From a virus (lineage: Duplodnaviria; Caudoviricetes), in IMG/VR virus record IMGVR_UViG_3300025401_000012: 64,000 nucleotides of DNA; one strand, given 5' to 3'. The number at the start of each line of letters is the position of its first letter. Within the stretch, counting starts at the first letter, position 1. The notes beneath the pieces are model-generated. The model was not told where the DNA came from, made no database searches, and saw only the letters and a program-made list of their open reading frames with translations. The position numbers and the translations under genes are program-made. This document shows, piece by piece, positions 25,537 to 34,831 of this stretch.

Positions 25537-25542
25537 TATTTA
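25537..25542 (-). promoter_or_regulatory. T4-late-like promoter TAAATA
   Basis: About 30 nt upstream of the holin ATG. Confidence 0.55.
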
Positions 25543-25815
25543 TTTCACGCTGTTAAATATTTTTTGTTGAGTATTATACCAATCTAACCAGTTATCTACA
25601 CGGTCTTTGCAAAGATAATATTGACTGTAATTGACTGTAATAACATTCAACGCATCGCTTAGTTTTGTTGTAGAAGCATCTACTTGATTTAGATCTGGAC
25701 AAGCCGTTTTAAGATCTGGCGGAGTATCCGGCCATGACATAGTCATTTTAGGTCCAGTAACACTAGAACACCCGTTCAGAAATACAATTAATGAGGCGAC
25801 TAATATTTTTTTCAT
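25540..25815 (-). CDS. o-spanin (Rz1-like lipoprotein)
   Basis: Lipobox FLNG-C, Pro-rich WPDTPP...CP; follows the i-spanin candidate with an ATGA overlap. Confidence 0.75.
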   Translation of the reverse strand: MKKILVASLIVFLNGCSSVTGPKMTMSWPDTPPDLKTACPDLNQVDASTTKLSDALNVITVNYSQYYLCKDRVDNWLDWYNTQQKIFNSVK

Positions 25816-26270
25816 TTAGTCGCTCCTAGAGGATTCTTAGCCGCACCATTTAAAATAGTAATGGCCTCTGGATCAATTTTACAGTCTGCGTCGATGCGTT
25901 TTTCAACTTCTTTAATTTTTTCTTGGTATACTATTTGTGTGTCGTGTATAACTTTTGTATGAGTGACTATTTTTGTTTGTACAGCAGTATTAGCATCTGA
26001 ACTAGCTTGTTGTGCTACAGCAATTTTAGCTTGTTGTTCTTTAATTTGTGCTTGCAATATTTCGGTAACACCTGCACCACCGTACATAAACACACTTGCT
26101 ATAATTATAACAAAACTAACTGGTTTAATAAACAATGCATATGGTTTAAAATTAGGAAAATTTCCTAATATATTTGCAGTAAAGTAAACAGTTGCACCTG
26201 CACCCGCTATTGCTGGCCATAACCATGAAGGTAAATTTCCTAATATTTGCTCTAATAACCAACTAAACAT
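25812..26270 (-). CDS. i-spanin (Rz-like)
   Basis: N-terminal TM segments, coiled coil, C-terminal Cys (DADCKID); between endolysin and lipoprotein. Confidence 0.7.
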   Translation of the reverse strand: MFSWLLEQILGNLPSWLWPAIAGAGATVYFTANILGNFPNFKPYALFIKPVSFVIIIASVFMYGGAGVTEILQAQIKEQQAKIAVAQQASSDANTAVQTKIVTHTKVIHDTQIVYQEKIKEVEKRIDADCKIDPEAITILNGAAKNPLGATK

Positions 26271-26274
26271 TTTT

Positions 26275-26904
26275 TTAACCCATTAACACTGAATGTGCAT
26301 TACTTGTATGTTGCTGACGTTCGTTGAGACCCAATGTTCCGCCGTTAATCTTTTTAGTTAACCCAAGAACATCGCCTTTGTCTGCCAGGTCATTCAAATT
26401 GTTAGCTTCCCAAAACCAGCAAGCACTTTGTACACATCCTTCGAATGTTGTTAAAAATTCAGGAATATCTTCTAACGGTGTATCAATACTTTCAGCAAAT
26501 TTTTGATAATTGCTTTTGCCAGTAAGCTGAATTAATCCACGTCCGCAAAACTTCCAGCCGTCGCCTGATTCTTCTGGCCCATTTCCCATACGATTAGCAT
26601 ACGCACGGTTAGCAATTTGCTCAGGATGATGGCCATATTGATTAGCAATATCCATTGTTGGAAAATAGTGCGGCCAAACTTTCATCAATGTTTCTGGTTT
26701 GTAATTTAAATTTTCGATAATAGCTCTGTAGCCGGCACTTTCAACCATTGTTTGCCCCATGAAACATGCTACACGTTCTAAAGTATTAATATCGTAATCA
26801 GGCAAAATTTTGCATAATGCTTCATGCCAATGTTCGCTATATGGGTTATTTTGTAGAATCGCTGTACACTTTTCTAAACTAAAATCAAATGTAAAATCTG
26901 CCAT
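26275..26904 (-). CDS. Glycoside hydrolase family 19 endolysin
   Basis: ERVACFMGQTMVES, ENLNY, YANRMGNG, GRGLIQLTGKSNY, TKKINGG. Confidence 0.9.
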   Translation of the reverse strand: MADFTFDFSLEKCTAILQNNPYSEHWHEALCKILPDYDINTLERVACFMGQTMVESAGYRAIIENLNYKPETLMKVWPHYFPTMDIANQYGHHPEQIANRAYANRMGNGPEESGDGWKFCGRGLIQLTGKSNYQKFAESIDTPLEDIPEFLTTFEGCVQSACWFWEANNLNDLADKGDVLGLTKKINGGTLGLNERQQHTSNAHSVLMG

Positions 26905-27638
26905 TATTGTATCCTTTTAAGTGCAACAGCCCAGTTAGTATTTTCAAATATAAATGTATCGCTAATTTTAGTAATATTATAATTACCGATTACTTTAGTT
27001 AAAAACATAACTTCTGCCATATCCTTACCTTCTAGTACGATAGGACCTTTAATGCTGTCGTAAATTTCTTTTTTGTTACCACTATTTAATATTTTAAATG
27101 TTACAGTTCCGCTATATGGTCTGGTAAAACTAATACTTTCGTCAATGACACTTAATGTATCGGCATAACTATTTTTAAAAAAATTGCTAAAATTATTTAA
27201 ATTAGTTTCTTTAGTAGCTGCTTTATAACTATTTTTGTCTTTAGGAACAATTTCTTCTAATTTTTCTAATGTAGCAGGTTCGCTTTTAAAATTTTTAAAA
27301 TATCTAAAACGCATCTCTTCCAAGCCTGTGATTTTCATTACACCTTCGACTATTTCTGAAATTTGTTCAGCTACTCTTCTTGATCTTTCTAACTCTACAA
27401 ATACACGATACTTACCGTCATCCATTTCGCCAGGTGTACAATCTGCATCTAAAATAAAGTTATAACCCATTTCAAAGAAATTTTCAAGATCTTTAGCTGG
27501 ATCTTGATGATCAACAGTAAAACTCAATACTACAACATCTTCATCATTGCCAATTTTGCTTTTATAACTGTCGATATCAAAGACTTTTTTTACTAAATCT
27601 CTAAGATCATCTTTGCGTAATGCTTCAGTTAGGCTCAT
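26904..27638 (-). CDS. Hypothetical phage protein
   Basis: 244-aa ORF, TAATG-coupled to the endolysin. Confidence 0.75.
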   Translation of the reverse strand: MSLTEALRKDDLRDLVKKVFDIDSYKSKIGNDEDVVVLSFTVDHQDPAKDLENFFEMGYNFILDADCTPGEMDDGKYRVFVELERSRRVAEQISEIVEGVMKITGLEEMRFRYFKNFKSEPATLEKLEEIVPKDKNSYKAATKETNLNNFSNFFKNSYADTLSVIDESISFTRPYSGTVTFKILNSGNKKEIYDSIKGPIVLEGKDMAEVMFLTKVIGNYNITKISDTFIFENTNWAVALKRIQ

Positions 27639-27640
27639 GC

Positions 27641-28210
27641 TTATGCTCCTCCTGCTGGAGCTGCTGGAGCTGCTGGAGCTGCTGCTGGAGCTGCTGGCGC
27701 CGCCGGCGCTTGTGGTTGTGCTGGTCCTCCAGGAGGTGTAGCTGAGTCAGTTAGTGTAGCTGATTGATCTTTATAATCGTGCTTCATTTTTTCCATATAG
27801 CCTTTGTAGATATCAAAAGCTACTTTCTTTGGCATTGTAATTTCTACAATCCAAATAGGCTTGCGATCTAATTTTCCTTTTTTAGTATTAGGACGAATAT
27901 CCTCGGGAGTACGTATTTTACGTGGTTCTATTAAATGGCTTTTCTGGTAGGTAACTTTGCAACCTAATTCTGTTAGTCTTTTTCCAGCTATCGGGTTAGG
28001 CATTTTACTAGCTTCCCACATGAATCCTGCTGTAATCCAATGACGATCTACTTTAGGACCATACGCTAATTCGCCTTCTTCCCAATTTTCGTATACATAA
28101 ACATCGGTCTCTTCTAGAACTCTTTCAAAATCTTTTAAAACAGCGAGACTGCTGTTATTTTCATATAACTCTTCTATGTTTTTAATAACATCTAAAATAT
28201 CGTGGTACAT
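27641..28210 (-). CDS. Hypothetical phage protein with a Pro/Ala tail
   Basis: 189-aa ORF behind TAAATA (28244-28239). Confidence 0.75.
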   Translation of the reverse strand: MYHDILDVIKNIEELYENNSSLAVLKDFERVLEETDVYVYENWEEGELAYGPKVDRHWITAGFMWEASKMPNPIAGKRLTELGCKVTYQKSHLIEPRKIRTPEDIRPNTKKGKLDRKPIWIVEITMPKKVAFDIYKGYMEKMKHDYKDQSATLTDSATPPGGPAQPQAPAAPAAPAAAPAAPAAPAGGA

Positions 28211-28238
28211 AATTGTGGTTTCCAGAAGCTTCTGTACT

Positions 28239-28297
28239 TATTTAGCTGGTTTGAAATCATAACATATCACTTTATTATTCTATATATTCGTTAAATA
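28239..28297. promoter_or_regulatory. Divergent pair of late-like TAAATA motifs
   Basis: Minus strand 28244-28239 (to 28210); plus strand 28292-28297 (to phoH). Confidence 0.5.
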
Positions 28298-28373
28298 ATA
28301 GTGTAGGACCTCTGTAGTTATCATAGGCGGTCACTACAAGTCTTACTTTTTCATAAAAGTAGGAGCAACTTTA

Positions 28374-29093
28374 ATGAGTAAACAACGAGTGAAAAAGCGT
28401 TTTACATCAGAAGTTAACATAATTGATTTCCAGCCGTATCTTCCGGCAAAAAAGCAACGTGTGAGTATTAATGCACGTAATGCTAATCAGAAACTCTACC
28501 TCTCAAAATTGTATGCGGAGCACACTAGCATAGTACTTGCTATTGGTCCTGCTGGCACGGGTAAAACCATGTTGGCTGTACAATACGGAATTAAATTGTT
28601 TCAGGAAGGTCTAGTTGAAAAAATCGTTGTGACAAGACCCGCCGTCTCAGTCGACGAAGATTTAGGATTTTTACCAGGTACATTAAACGAAAAAATGGCA
28701 CCATGGACTCGTCCTATATTTGACGTCTTATCCGAGTATTATCAAAAAAAGGATATTGAAAAAATGTTAGAGGAAGGTGTTATCGAAATAAGCCCATTAG
28801 CGTATATGCGTGGACGCACATTTAAGAACGCATACATTATAGCAGATGAAATGCAAAATGCCACAGTAAATCAAATGAAAATGCTACTGACCCGTTTAGG
28901 AGAAGGGTCTAAGATGGTAGTGACAGGAGACTTGGCACAAGCAGACCGATTGAGCGATAATGGTCTGATTGATTTTTGTAATCTGTTAGAATCAAAAGAA
29001 TATTTAGAGCACATCGATATCGTTCGATTCGATGCTCGTGACATCGAACGCCATAATGCCGTGAAGGAGGTGTTAGCGGTTTATGGAGAATAA
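28374..29093 (+). CDS. phoH: PhoH-family ATPase
   Basis: GPAGTGKT, TRPAV, LGFLPG, YMRGRTF, DEMQN, GDLAQ motifs. Confidence 0.95.
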   Translation: MSKQRVKKRFTSEVNIIDFQPYLPAKKQRVSINARNANQKLYLSKLYAEHTSIVLAIGPAGTGKTMLAVQYGIKLFQEGLVEKIVVTRPAVSVDEDLGFLPGTLNEKMAPWTRPIFDVLSEYYQKKDIEKMLEEGVIEISPLAYMRGRTFKNAYIIADEMQNATVNQMKMLLTRLGEGSKMVVTGDLAQADRLSDNGLIDFCNLLESKEYLEHIDIVRFDARDIERHNAVKEVLAVYGE

Positions 29094-29118
29094 AGTAGCA
29101 ATACTTTAGATAGTCATT

Positions 29119-29144
29119 AAAAAAGGCCCTGCAGGGCCTTTTTT
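29119..29144. terminator. Bidirectional intrinsic terminator
   Basis: AAAAAAGGCCCT-GC-AGGGCCTTTTTT between convergent phoH and clamp-loader genes. Confidence 0.85.
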
Positions 29145-30058
29145 TATAAGTTTCCTAATCTAATCAATGTTGCAGACAAATTAATTTCTGGATCAATAAC
29201 TAGTGTATGATCTACTAACCCTTGTTTGATGATTAAAATAGCTTTATTTTGATTTGCTTCGTCGCCAAAAATTTCAACATTGTCGTATAACCAGCGGTAT
29301 ATTTCGTCCATTTCTTCTGGACGAGCTTGACTGCATAGTAGTTTACGTGCATCACTGATCTTACCAGCTTTAAACAATTCAACCATTTTAAATTTATAAT
29401 CGGCTTCATTGGTATCACCTACTTGCGGAGCATTCAGAATACCTTCGCTGGAATTCATTTGTATAGTGTTGATACATTTTCTTAGATCTGGGTATGTTGC
29501 TTTGACAAAACTATCTAATGTATCGATTTCAAATTGAATATTTTCTGAAATAAGAATCTCGGCTGCTCTTGCAGTAAACTCAGTTTGATCAGTTTTAGCT
29601 ACATGAAATCCTTGACATCTACTATGGATAGCAGGAATAATTTTATTAGGATAGTTACAAGTTAGCACAAACCTTGCTGTAGTATGATATTCCTCCATAA
29701 CTCCGCGAAGTGCGCCTTGTGCATTAGGACTCAAATAATCTGCCTCATCTAACAAAACTACTTTGAAATCGCCAAACGGAATCATTTGTACAAAATTTAC
29801 AATTTTATCTCTAACATCATCTACACTATTTGTACGACTTGCGTTAATTTCTAATATATCTAAATCATTTACTTCTAGTTCATGAAACAGCACTTTAGCT
29901 AAAGTAGTTTTTCCGATGCCAGCACTACCGCTGAATAGTAAATGCGGAATTGATTTTTCTTTAATCCATGTTTGTACTTGTGCCCGTTGATGAGCATCGC
30001 GAAATACATAACCATCCACTGTCTTAGGACGATATTTTTCTACCCACAGTTCTTTCAT
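29144..30058 (-). CDS. Clamp loader ATPase subunit (T4 gp44/RFC-like)
   Basis: WVEKYRP, GSAGIGKT, INAS, LDEAD, SRC motif. Confidence 0.93.
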   Translation of the reverse strand: MKELWVEKYRPKTVDGYVFRDAHQRAQVQTWIKEKSIPHLLFSGSAGIGKTTLAKVLFHELEVNDLDILEINASRTNSVDDVRDKIVNFVQMIPFGDFKVVLLDEADYLSPNAQGALRGVMEEYHTTARFVLTCNYPNKIIPAIHSRCQGFHVAKTDQTEFTARAAEILISENIQFEIDTLDSFVKATYPDLRKCINTIQMNSSEGILNAPQVGDTNEADYKFKMVELFKAGKISDARKLLCSQARPEEMDEIYRWLYDNVEIFGDEANQNKAILIIKQGLVDHTLVIDPEINLSATLIRLGNL

Positions 30059-30078
30059 AGAATTCCTTAGTTTTCTTT

Positions 30079-30107
30079 ATTATACAGATAAAAACAGGAC
30101 TAGTCAA
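30079..30107 (-). promoter_or_regulatory. sigma70-type promoter TTGACT-17-TATAAT with extended TG
   Basis: -35 at 30107-30102, -10 at 30084-30079. Confidence 0.8.
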
Positions 30108-30116
30108 TAGTCCTGT
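30094..30116 (-). terminator. Intrinsic terminator after groES; its hairpin contains the -35 box of the next promoter
   Basis: ACAGGACTA-TTGAC-TAGTCCTGT followed by TTTT. Confidence 0.75.
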
Positions 30117-30137
30117 AATTGTTTGGTAAAATTAATT

Positions 30138-30575
30138 TTAAAATTGCGGCCCGGCAAATTGCGCAGGATCCCATTCTTGATGCTGTATTTTTGAATGTCC
30201 GCCATAGGTATTCATATATTTTTCATCTGGTTTGTCATCGCTAACCATCAAAATTGCTTTAATATCTGCTCGACGGATCGTAATTTCATTGCCATCATCT
30301 TCTACCACCGTGACACCACGAGTCCATCGGCCGTGCTCTAACAGAATCCATTCACCGACTTTAACATCTTTTTGTTTTGGACCAACAGCCCAAACTCGTG
30401 CCCACCGATGGCGAACTCCTTCGCTTTTACCATCATCACTTGGTAGTACAAACATACCAAGTTTTCGTTCGCCAAATTCCATATCAGTAACAAGAACGTT
30501 GTCGCGTATAGGGATAAGTTTTCCGTATACTTTAGGTTTAATACCCTCGTGTCCTATACCTTTTGATTCTGCCAT
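30138..30575 (-). CDS. GroES/gp31-like co-chaperonin
   Basis: PIRDNVLV, mobile-loop-like GMFVLPSD, VWAVGP, DVKVGEWIL. Confidence 0.8.
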   Translation of the reverse strand: MAESKGIGHEGIKPKVYGKLIPIRDNVLVTDMEFGERKLGMFVLPSDDGKSEGVRHRWARVWAVGPKQKDVKVGEWILLEHGRWTRGVTVVEDDGNEITIRRADIKAILMVSDDKPDEKYMNTYGGHSKIQHQEWDPAQFAGPQF

Positions 30576-30853
30576 TACTCGTTTCCTTCCGGATCCATTG
30601 ATGCAATATCTTTTTTAACAGACACCGATACGGGTGCAGGCTGTGCAGCAGGAACATTATTTTGATTAGGAATCGGACTAATATTTTGTGAAACGATTTC
30701 CTCTCTACGTTGAATAATTTTACCACCTGGCCCTAGTTTATCACCACGAGCATTAACTTTAGCGTTACCTACAGCTGGGGTTAATTCATTTTGATTAACC
30801 ATTTTGCCCATGTCAATTACTTTGCCACGAGCTGTTTTGTAAGTTTGTCCCAT
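30575..30853 (-). CDS. Hypothetical phage protein
   Basis: 92-aa ORF with GGAG RBS and a TAATG overlap with groES. Confidence 0.7.
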   Translation of the reverse strand: MGQTYKTARGKVIDMGKMVNQNELTPAVGNAKVNARGDKLGPGGKIIQRREEIVSQNISPIPNQNNVPAAQPAPVSVSVKKDIASMDPEGNE

Positions 30854-30880
30854 TTAATTCTCCTTGAATTATACTACTAC

Positions 30881-31390
30881 TTATCTCAAAAATTCCTGCC
30901 AGTCTAAATTATATTTGACCGAATCTATTTGATGTACGCCTAACAAATATAGTACAAAGCTAGCTACGCTCGATCCACGACCGACTCCCCAAACAATACC
31001 ATTTTCATTGCAAGTATCTACAAAATGTTTAGTCCATTGCAATAATGGAATCATTCCGCGATCTTTATAAGCAGCCATTTCAGCTGTTACTCTGGCAATT
31101 TGTTCTTTGGTTGTACATTTTTTAATACACCAATCTTCTACATCAAAATCTCTGTATTCGTTAGGCATAAACCAATCGCTTTGCAATGCACTATCGAAAT
31201 CTGTGATGTCAATTGATTCTAATTGTTCGTTGAATCTTCGAAATGTAAAACCCGCAACTTGCTCCAACTCATTAATCTCTTCGGTATAATCTACCGTAAG
31301 ATCCTTGAGGTTGGTTAGCTTTCCTTGATACAGGAATTTAAATATATCTTGTGTATTAAAAATAGGATTACCGAATTTATCTAGGCGCAT
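30881..31390 (-). CDS. Stand-alone fragment homologous to DNA polymerase III alpha (DnaE)
   Basis: GVGRGSSVASFVLYLLGVHQIDSVKYNLDWQEFLR matches the DnaE GxGRGS...L..ERFL segment; protein is only 169 aa. Confidence 0.7.
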   Translation of the reverse strand: MRLDKFGNPIFNTQDIFKFLYQGKLTNLKDLTVDYTEEINELEQVAGFTFRRFNEQLESIDITDFDSALQSDWFMPNEYRDFDVEDWCIKKCTTKEQIARVTAEMAAYKDRGMIPLLQWTKHFVDTCNENGIVWGVGRGSSVASFVLYLLGVHQIDSVKYNLDWQEFLR

Positions 31391-31400
31391 AGCCTATATT

Positions 31401-31631
31401 TTAATTGACTTTAATTAATTTGTCAATGTTTTTCTCACTCGATTTCATTAATTTTTCCAATGCCAATCTGCGACGGGTACTAAGTTCTTCTTTGTACGAC
31501 TCTAACAACATGCCAATTTGAGTTTTGACATCGGTATTATAAGTCATAAAATATTTGTTAGTGAGATCTGCAACCTTAGCTTCGATTTCACTATCTTTAA
31601 GTTCTGCAAAACTGCCGGCTAATGGATGCAT
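31401..31631 (-). CDS. Hypothetical protein
   Basis: 76-aa helical ORF, TAATG-coupled. Confidence 0.65.
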   Translation of the reverse strand: MHPLAGSFAELKDSEIEAKVADLTNKYFMTYNTDVKTQIGMLLESYKEELSTRRRLALEKLMKSSEKNIDKLIKVN

Positions 31632-32248
31632 TATATACTACTCGAATAAGTTCCAGATACTTTTAAATATACGTGGCTACCTGCATCATAACTAAATGCA
31701 TCAATTACATACATATTATTAGTACCTGGATAAGGATACACAATTTGTACATTTGAACCAACACCACCCGATTGGGTAAACACACTGCCGGACCATGAAC
31801 TATCTACTACTAGTTTTCCTGAATTAGTAGTACTAAGTGTAGTTGTTGTTGTCGCAGCTTGTGTAAATTTAAGAATAAGTTTTATAGTACCAAACCCAGT
31901 TGTTGGCCAATTTGCAAAAGTTAGCGTAAGTCCAGATGTATTGATAGTTCCGTATTGAACTGACCCGTTATTTAAATCGATAGTAGTTGAAGTGCCGATA
32001 GTTCCTAAATTATCTGCTTGAGGATAAAATTGACTGTAGGAACCGTTAGTTAATGTTGATCCTTGTAAAGAATTTGTAGCAGATGTAACATTGATACCAT
32101 TTGCCTGCAAAGCTGAAATTTCAGTAGCCGCTTCGGCTAATCCAGTTTTAATAGCTGTGAAATTGTCACGAAATCCTTGACTATTATTATCCTGTCCTGC
32201 TACTGGGTAAGCAGTATTAATTGTTGATGTAATTATTGCGCTGGTCAT
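31631..32248 (-). CDS. Putative tail/baseplate structural protein
   Basis: Thr/Ser-rich beta protein; N-terminal YPVAGQDNNSQGFRDNF; TAAATA at 32284-32279. Confidence 0.55.
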   Translation of the reverse strand: MTSAIITSTINTAYPVAGQDNNSQGFRDNFTAIKTGLAEAATEISALQANGINVTSATNSLQGSTLTNGSYSQFYPQADNLGTIGTSTTIDLNNGSVQYGTINTSGLTLTFANWPTTGFGTIKLILKFTQAATTTTTLSTTNSGKLVVDSSWSGSVFTQSGGVGSNVQIVYPYPGTNNMYVIDAFSYDAGSHVYLKVSGTYSSSI

Positions 32249-34830
32249 ACGGTTATCCTATTGTCTTTGAATATTAGATATTTATCGTTGCTGTACCCTG
32301 ACAGAGAAGTCAATGTGAATCTGTCTACAGTATAGTCTAATTGGCTAAAATTAAACCCATTAAATTTGATATTTGTTATAATTTTGTCTGCTGTTCCTGG
32401 TTTACAAAAACACAATGGAATAGCTAGTACATACCCTAATTGGGCTTTTTGTCCGGATTGTATACTTCTCATCCATAGAGGCAAATAATTACGCTCTGTT
32501 GCTCCGGCATTGCTTAGTCTCTTTTGCCAATTAGAAATACTACTAGGAAAATATGTATCTGTATTTGGATTACTAGCTTCGTACCCTGTACTATCTACAG
32601 TAATATTGTAATCATTTCTTCTACTATCGGGCGCATCTAAAGTAAGTGTAGTTAAATCGTTTTTGTAAAAATTTAAACTATTATCTACAGTAATTGTTTC
32701 AGGAGCATTACTACTAGTTTTAATAGATAAGGGTAAATGTTTTCCATTTGGCTCCATAGGATCTAGCATTTGTATGTAAACTACTTCGTAGACTGGAACA
32801 TTAGATATAGGATCAAATGCCACAGCTTTCTCGATGCTTCCAAATTGAAAACGTTTCTTTTTATTGTTTAACGTCATAGCACTAACATATGCAGAAGCAT
32901 ATAAATTTTGTATTCCTGCGTATATTAATATAGATAAATTAGTTTGTACTCCAAAATTTGGATCTTCTGGTCTATAAATGCTGGATGGCGTGAATACTGT
33001 ACTGTTGTTTATAAAACTGCTAAACAATGCTCTTTGGGCAGGGATCAAAAATGGTCTTGCTGTAATATTATTGTAAATTGTAGTATTCGGAGTAGTGATA
33101 GTTAGAGTAAATGTTTTATCAATTGCACTATAGGCATATTGATCGGCTGCTTCAACAGTAAATGTATATGTTCTATCGTAAGTTGTCTTACCAGCATCGA
33201 ATGTAGTTTGTGATCTGTCAATGGTTAACAACCCTGGCAAATTATTTACTAGATCATCAAACTGATTTGGAATTCCTAAAATCTCGCCATCGCCGTTCAA
33301 TTTAAGTCCTGGTGGTAAAGATCCTGCCGTTAAATTATACGTAACAATGGCATCTGGTACACTAGTAGTAGCCAATAGATTCAATGTACATATATAATCG
33401 GCTGGTATAGATCCTAAATTACTAGGAGAGCTCCAGGTTATAACACTGTTAATACTTCCTAATATTGTAATATTAAATACTCTACTAGCAGATATAACTT
33501 CACTATTATTATCGCCAGGTCTACTGGCTGTAATAGTAAATTTATAATTTTTAGTAACACTTGGTTGATAAGGTACTAGTCCGTAGAGATCACCTGATAC
33601 AGGATCAAAATTTAAACCTAATGGTAGTTTACTTAAACTTCCTATATAAAAATAAGTATTATTAGGAATAGAAATTAATAATGCACTTGACAGTGCTAAT
33701 CTATAACGAGTAGGAGTTAATTGTGTTACTCCTGTTATTGTATAGATAGTATTATCAGCAGAATTTATATAATTATCTAATGTAAAAAATTGTCCTATTA
33801 CTGGAATACTTGATAAATCTTGAACAGTAACAGACGTACTACCTAAAATATTATCAGTTATTAACATTTGATATGCAACAGCATATACTTCTTCATTTGT
33901 GGTCTCTAATCTGAATTCTACGTTTCTATTGTCATATAATGCAACAGGAATTGTTATATAGTTATTTGATCTAAATATTCCTAAATTACTATCAGTTAAC
34001 CACACTGGACGTCTCAAATATGTTGAATCGGCTGTGAATTCGTCAGCTTGACCGTCTAGTGTAATACTATCTGCTCTAAATTCATCAGTTCCGGTAACAA
34101 ATATTTTAAAAATTCTTTGACTATAATTAGTACCATCAGTTACTGTGACTTTAAATTGATAATTTAAACTTAATGTTTGTGTGACTACTGAAGGTGTAAA
34201 ATAATCAAAAATTACATCGTCGTATTGGTAGCTGTCAAAACCATTAGTCGATCTTAAACCAAAATCAAATACTCCCTTGTCATAACCCTGTTCGTCGAAA
34301 TTTCCAACACCGTCATTGACGGTAATCTGAGGAGAAGGTTCGATGTAACCACTAATGAGACCTGAAGAATTTAAAGATAATCCTGGCGGAAGAATGCCGT
34401 CACCGTCGGCAATATAAAATGTTAGAGTTGCACCTGAAGCAACATTTAAATCGGAAACTTCTATTTGATAATTGATATAAGTTTGATCTGGTGTATAAAA
34501 TTGTTTACTTGGCCCTAAGGGCAATGATCCTGCAGGAGTTATAAATGTCGGAGGATTATAACCGTAAACACTGATTGTAAATGTTCTATCGGATATACTA
34601 ATACCATCGGATGCTCTTATACAGAATGTATAAGTTGTTTGATTAGCTACTGCTAGTGGTGCACCTGTAAGATTACTGCCTATTAAAAATATGCCATCGG
34701 GCAAATTTCCTGATATAATTGTAAAAGTAATACCTCTGCTGTTTGATACTGGTAATGCCAACGTAACAGATTGCTGTTCTTGCAGAGTTCCAAATGAATA
34801 CCCGCTAGGTTGTGTCCAAACATTTAACAT
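32245..34830 (-). CDS. Structural protein with multiple Ig-like (He_PIG-type) domains, probably baseplate
   Basis: Four G-x-LP-x-G-L-x-L...G-x-I-x-G repeats (GNLPDG, ILPPGLSL, LPLGLNF, SLPPGLKL). Confidence 0.65.
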   Translation of the reverse strand: MLNVWTQPSGYSFGTLQEQQSVTLALPVSNSRGITFTIISGNLPDGIFLIGSNLTGAPLAVANQTTYTFCIRASDGISISDRTFTISVYGYNPPTFITPAGSLPLGPSKQFYTPDQTYINYQIEVSDLNVASGATLTFYIADGDGILPPGLSLNSSGLISGYIEPSPQITVNDGVGNFDEQGYDKGVFDFGLRSTNGFDSYQYDDVIFDYFTPSVVTQTLSLNYQFKVTVTDGTNYSQRIFKIFVTGTDEFRADSITLDGQADEFTADSTYLRRPVWLTDSNLGIFRSNNYITIPVALYDNRNVEFRLETTNEEVYAVAYQMLITDNILGSTSVTVQDLSSIPVIGQFFTLDNYINSADNTIYTITGVTQLTPTRYRLALSSALLISIPNNTYFYIGSLSKLPLGLNFDPVSGDLYGLVPYQPSVTKNYKFTITASRPGDNNSEVISASRVFNITILGSINSVITWSSPSNLGSIPADYICTLNLLATTSVPDAIVTYNLTAGSLPPGLKLNGDGEILGIPNQFDDLVNNLPGLLTIDRSQTTFDAGKTTYDRTYTFTVEAADQYAYSAIDKTFTLTITTPNTTIYNNITARPFLIPAQRALFSSFINNSTVFTPSSIYRPEDPNFGVQTNLSILIYAGIQNLYASAYVSAMTLNNKKKRFQFGSIEKAVAFDPISNVPVYEVVYIQMLDPMEPNGKHLPLSIKTSSNAPETITVDNSLNFYKNDLTTLTLDAPDSRRNDYNITVDSTGYEASNPNTDTYFPSSISNWQKRLSNAGATERNYLPLWMRSIQSGQKAQLGYVLAIPLCFCKPGTADKIITNIKFNGFNFSQLDYTVDRFTLTSLSGYSNDKYLIFKDNRITV

Positions 34831-34831
34831 T

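Noticed and set aside
27641-27740. GCTGGAGCTGCT-type repeats
   Set aside because: Simply encode the Pro/Ala tail (APAA)n; no evidence of a contingency locus
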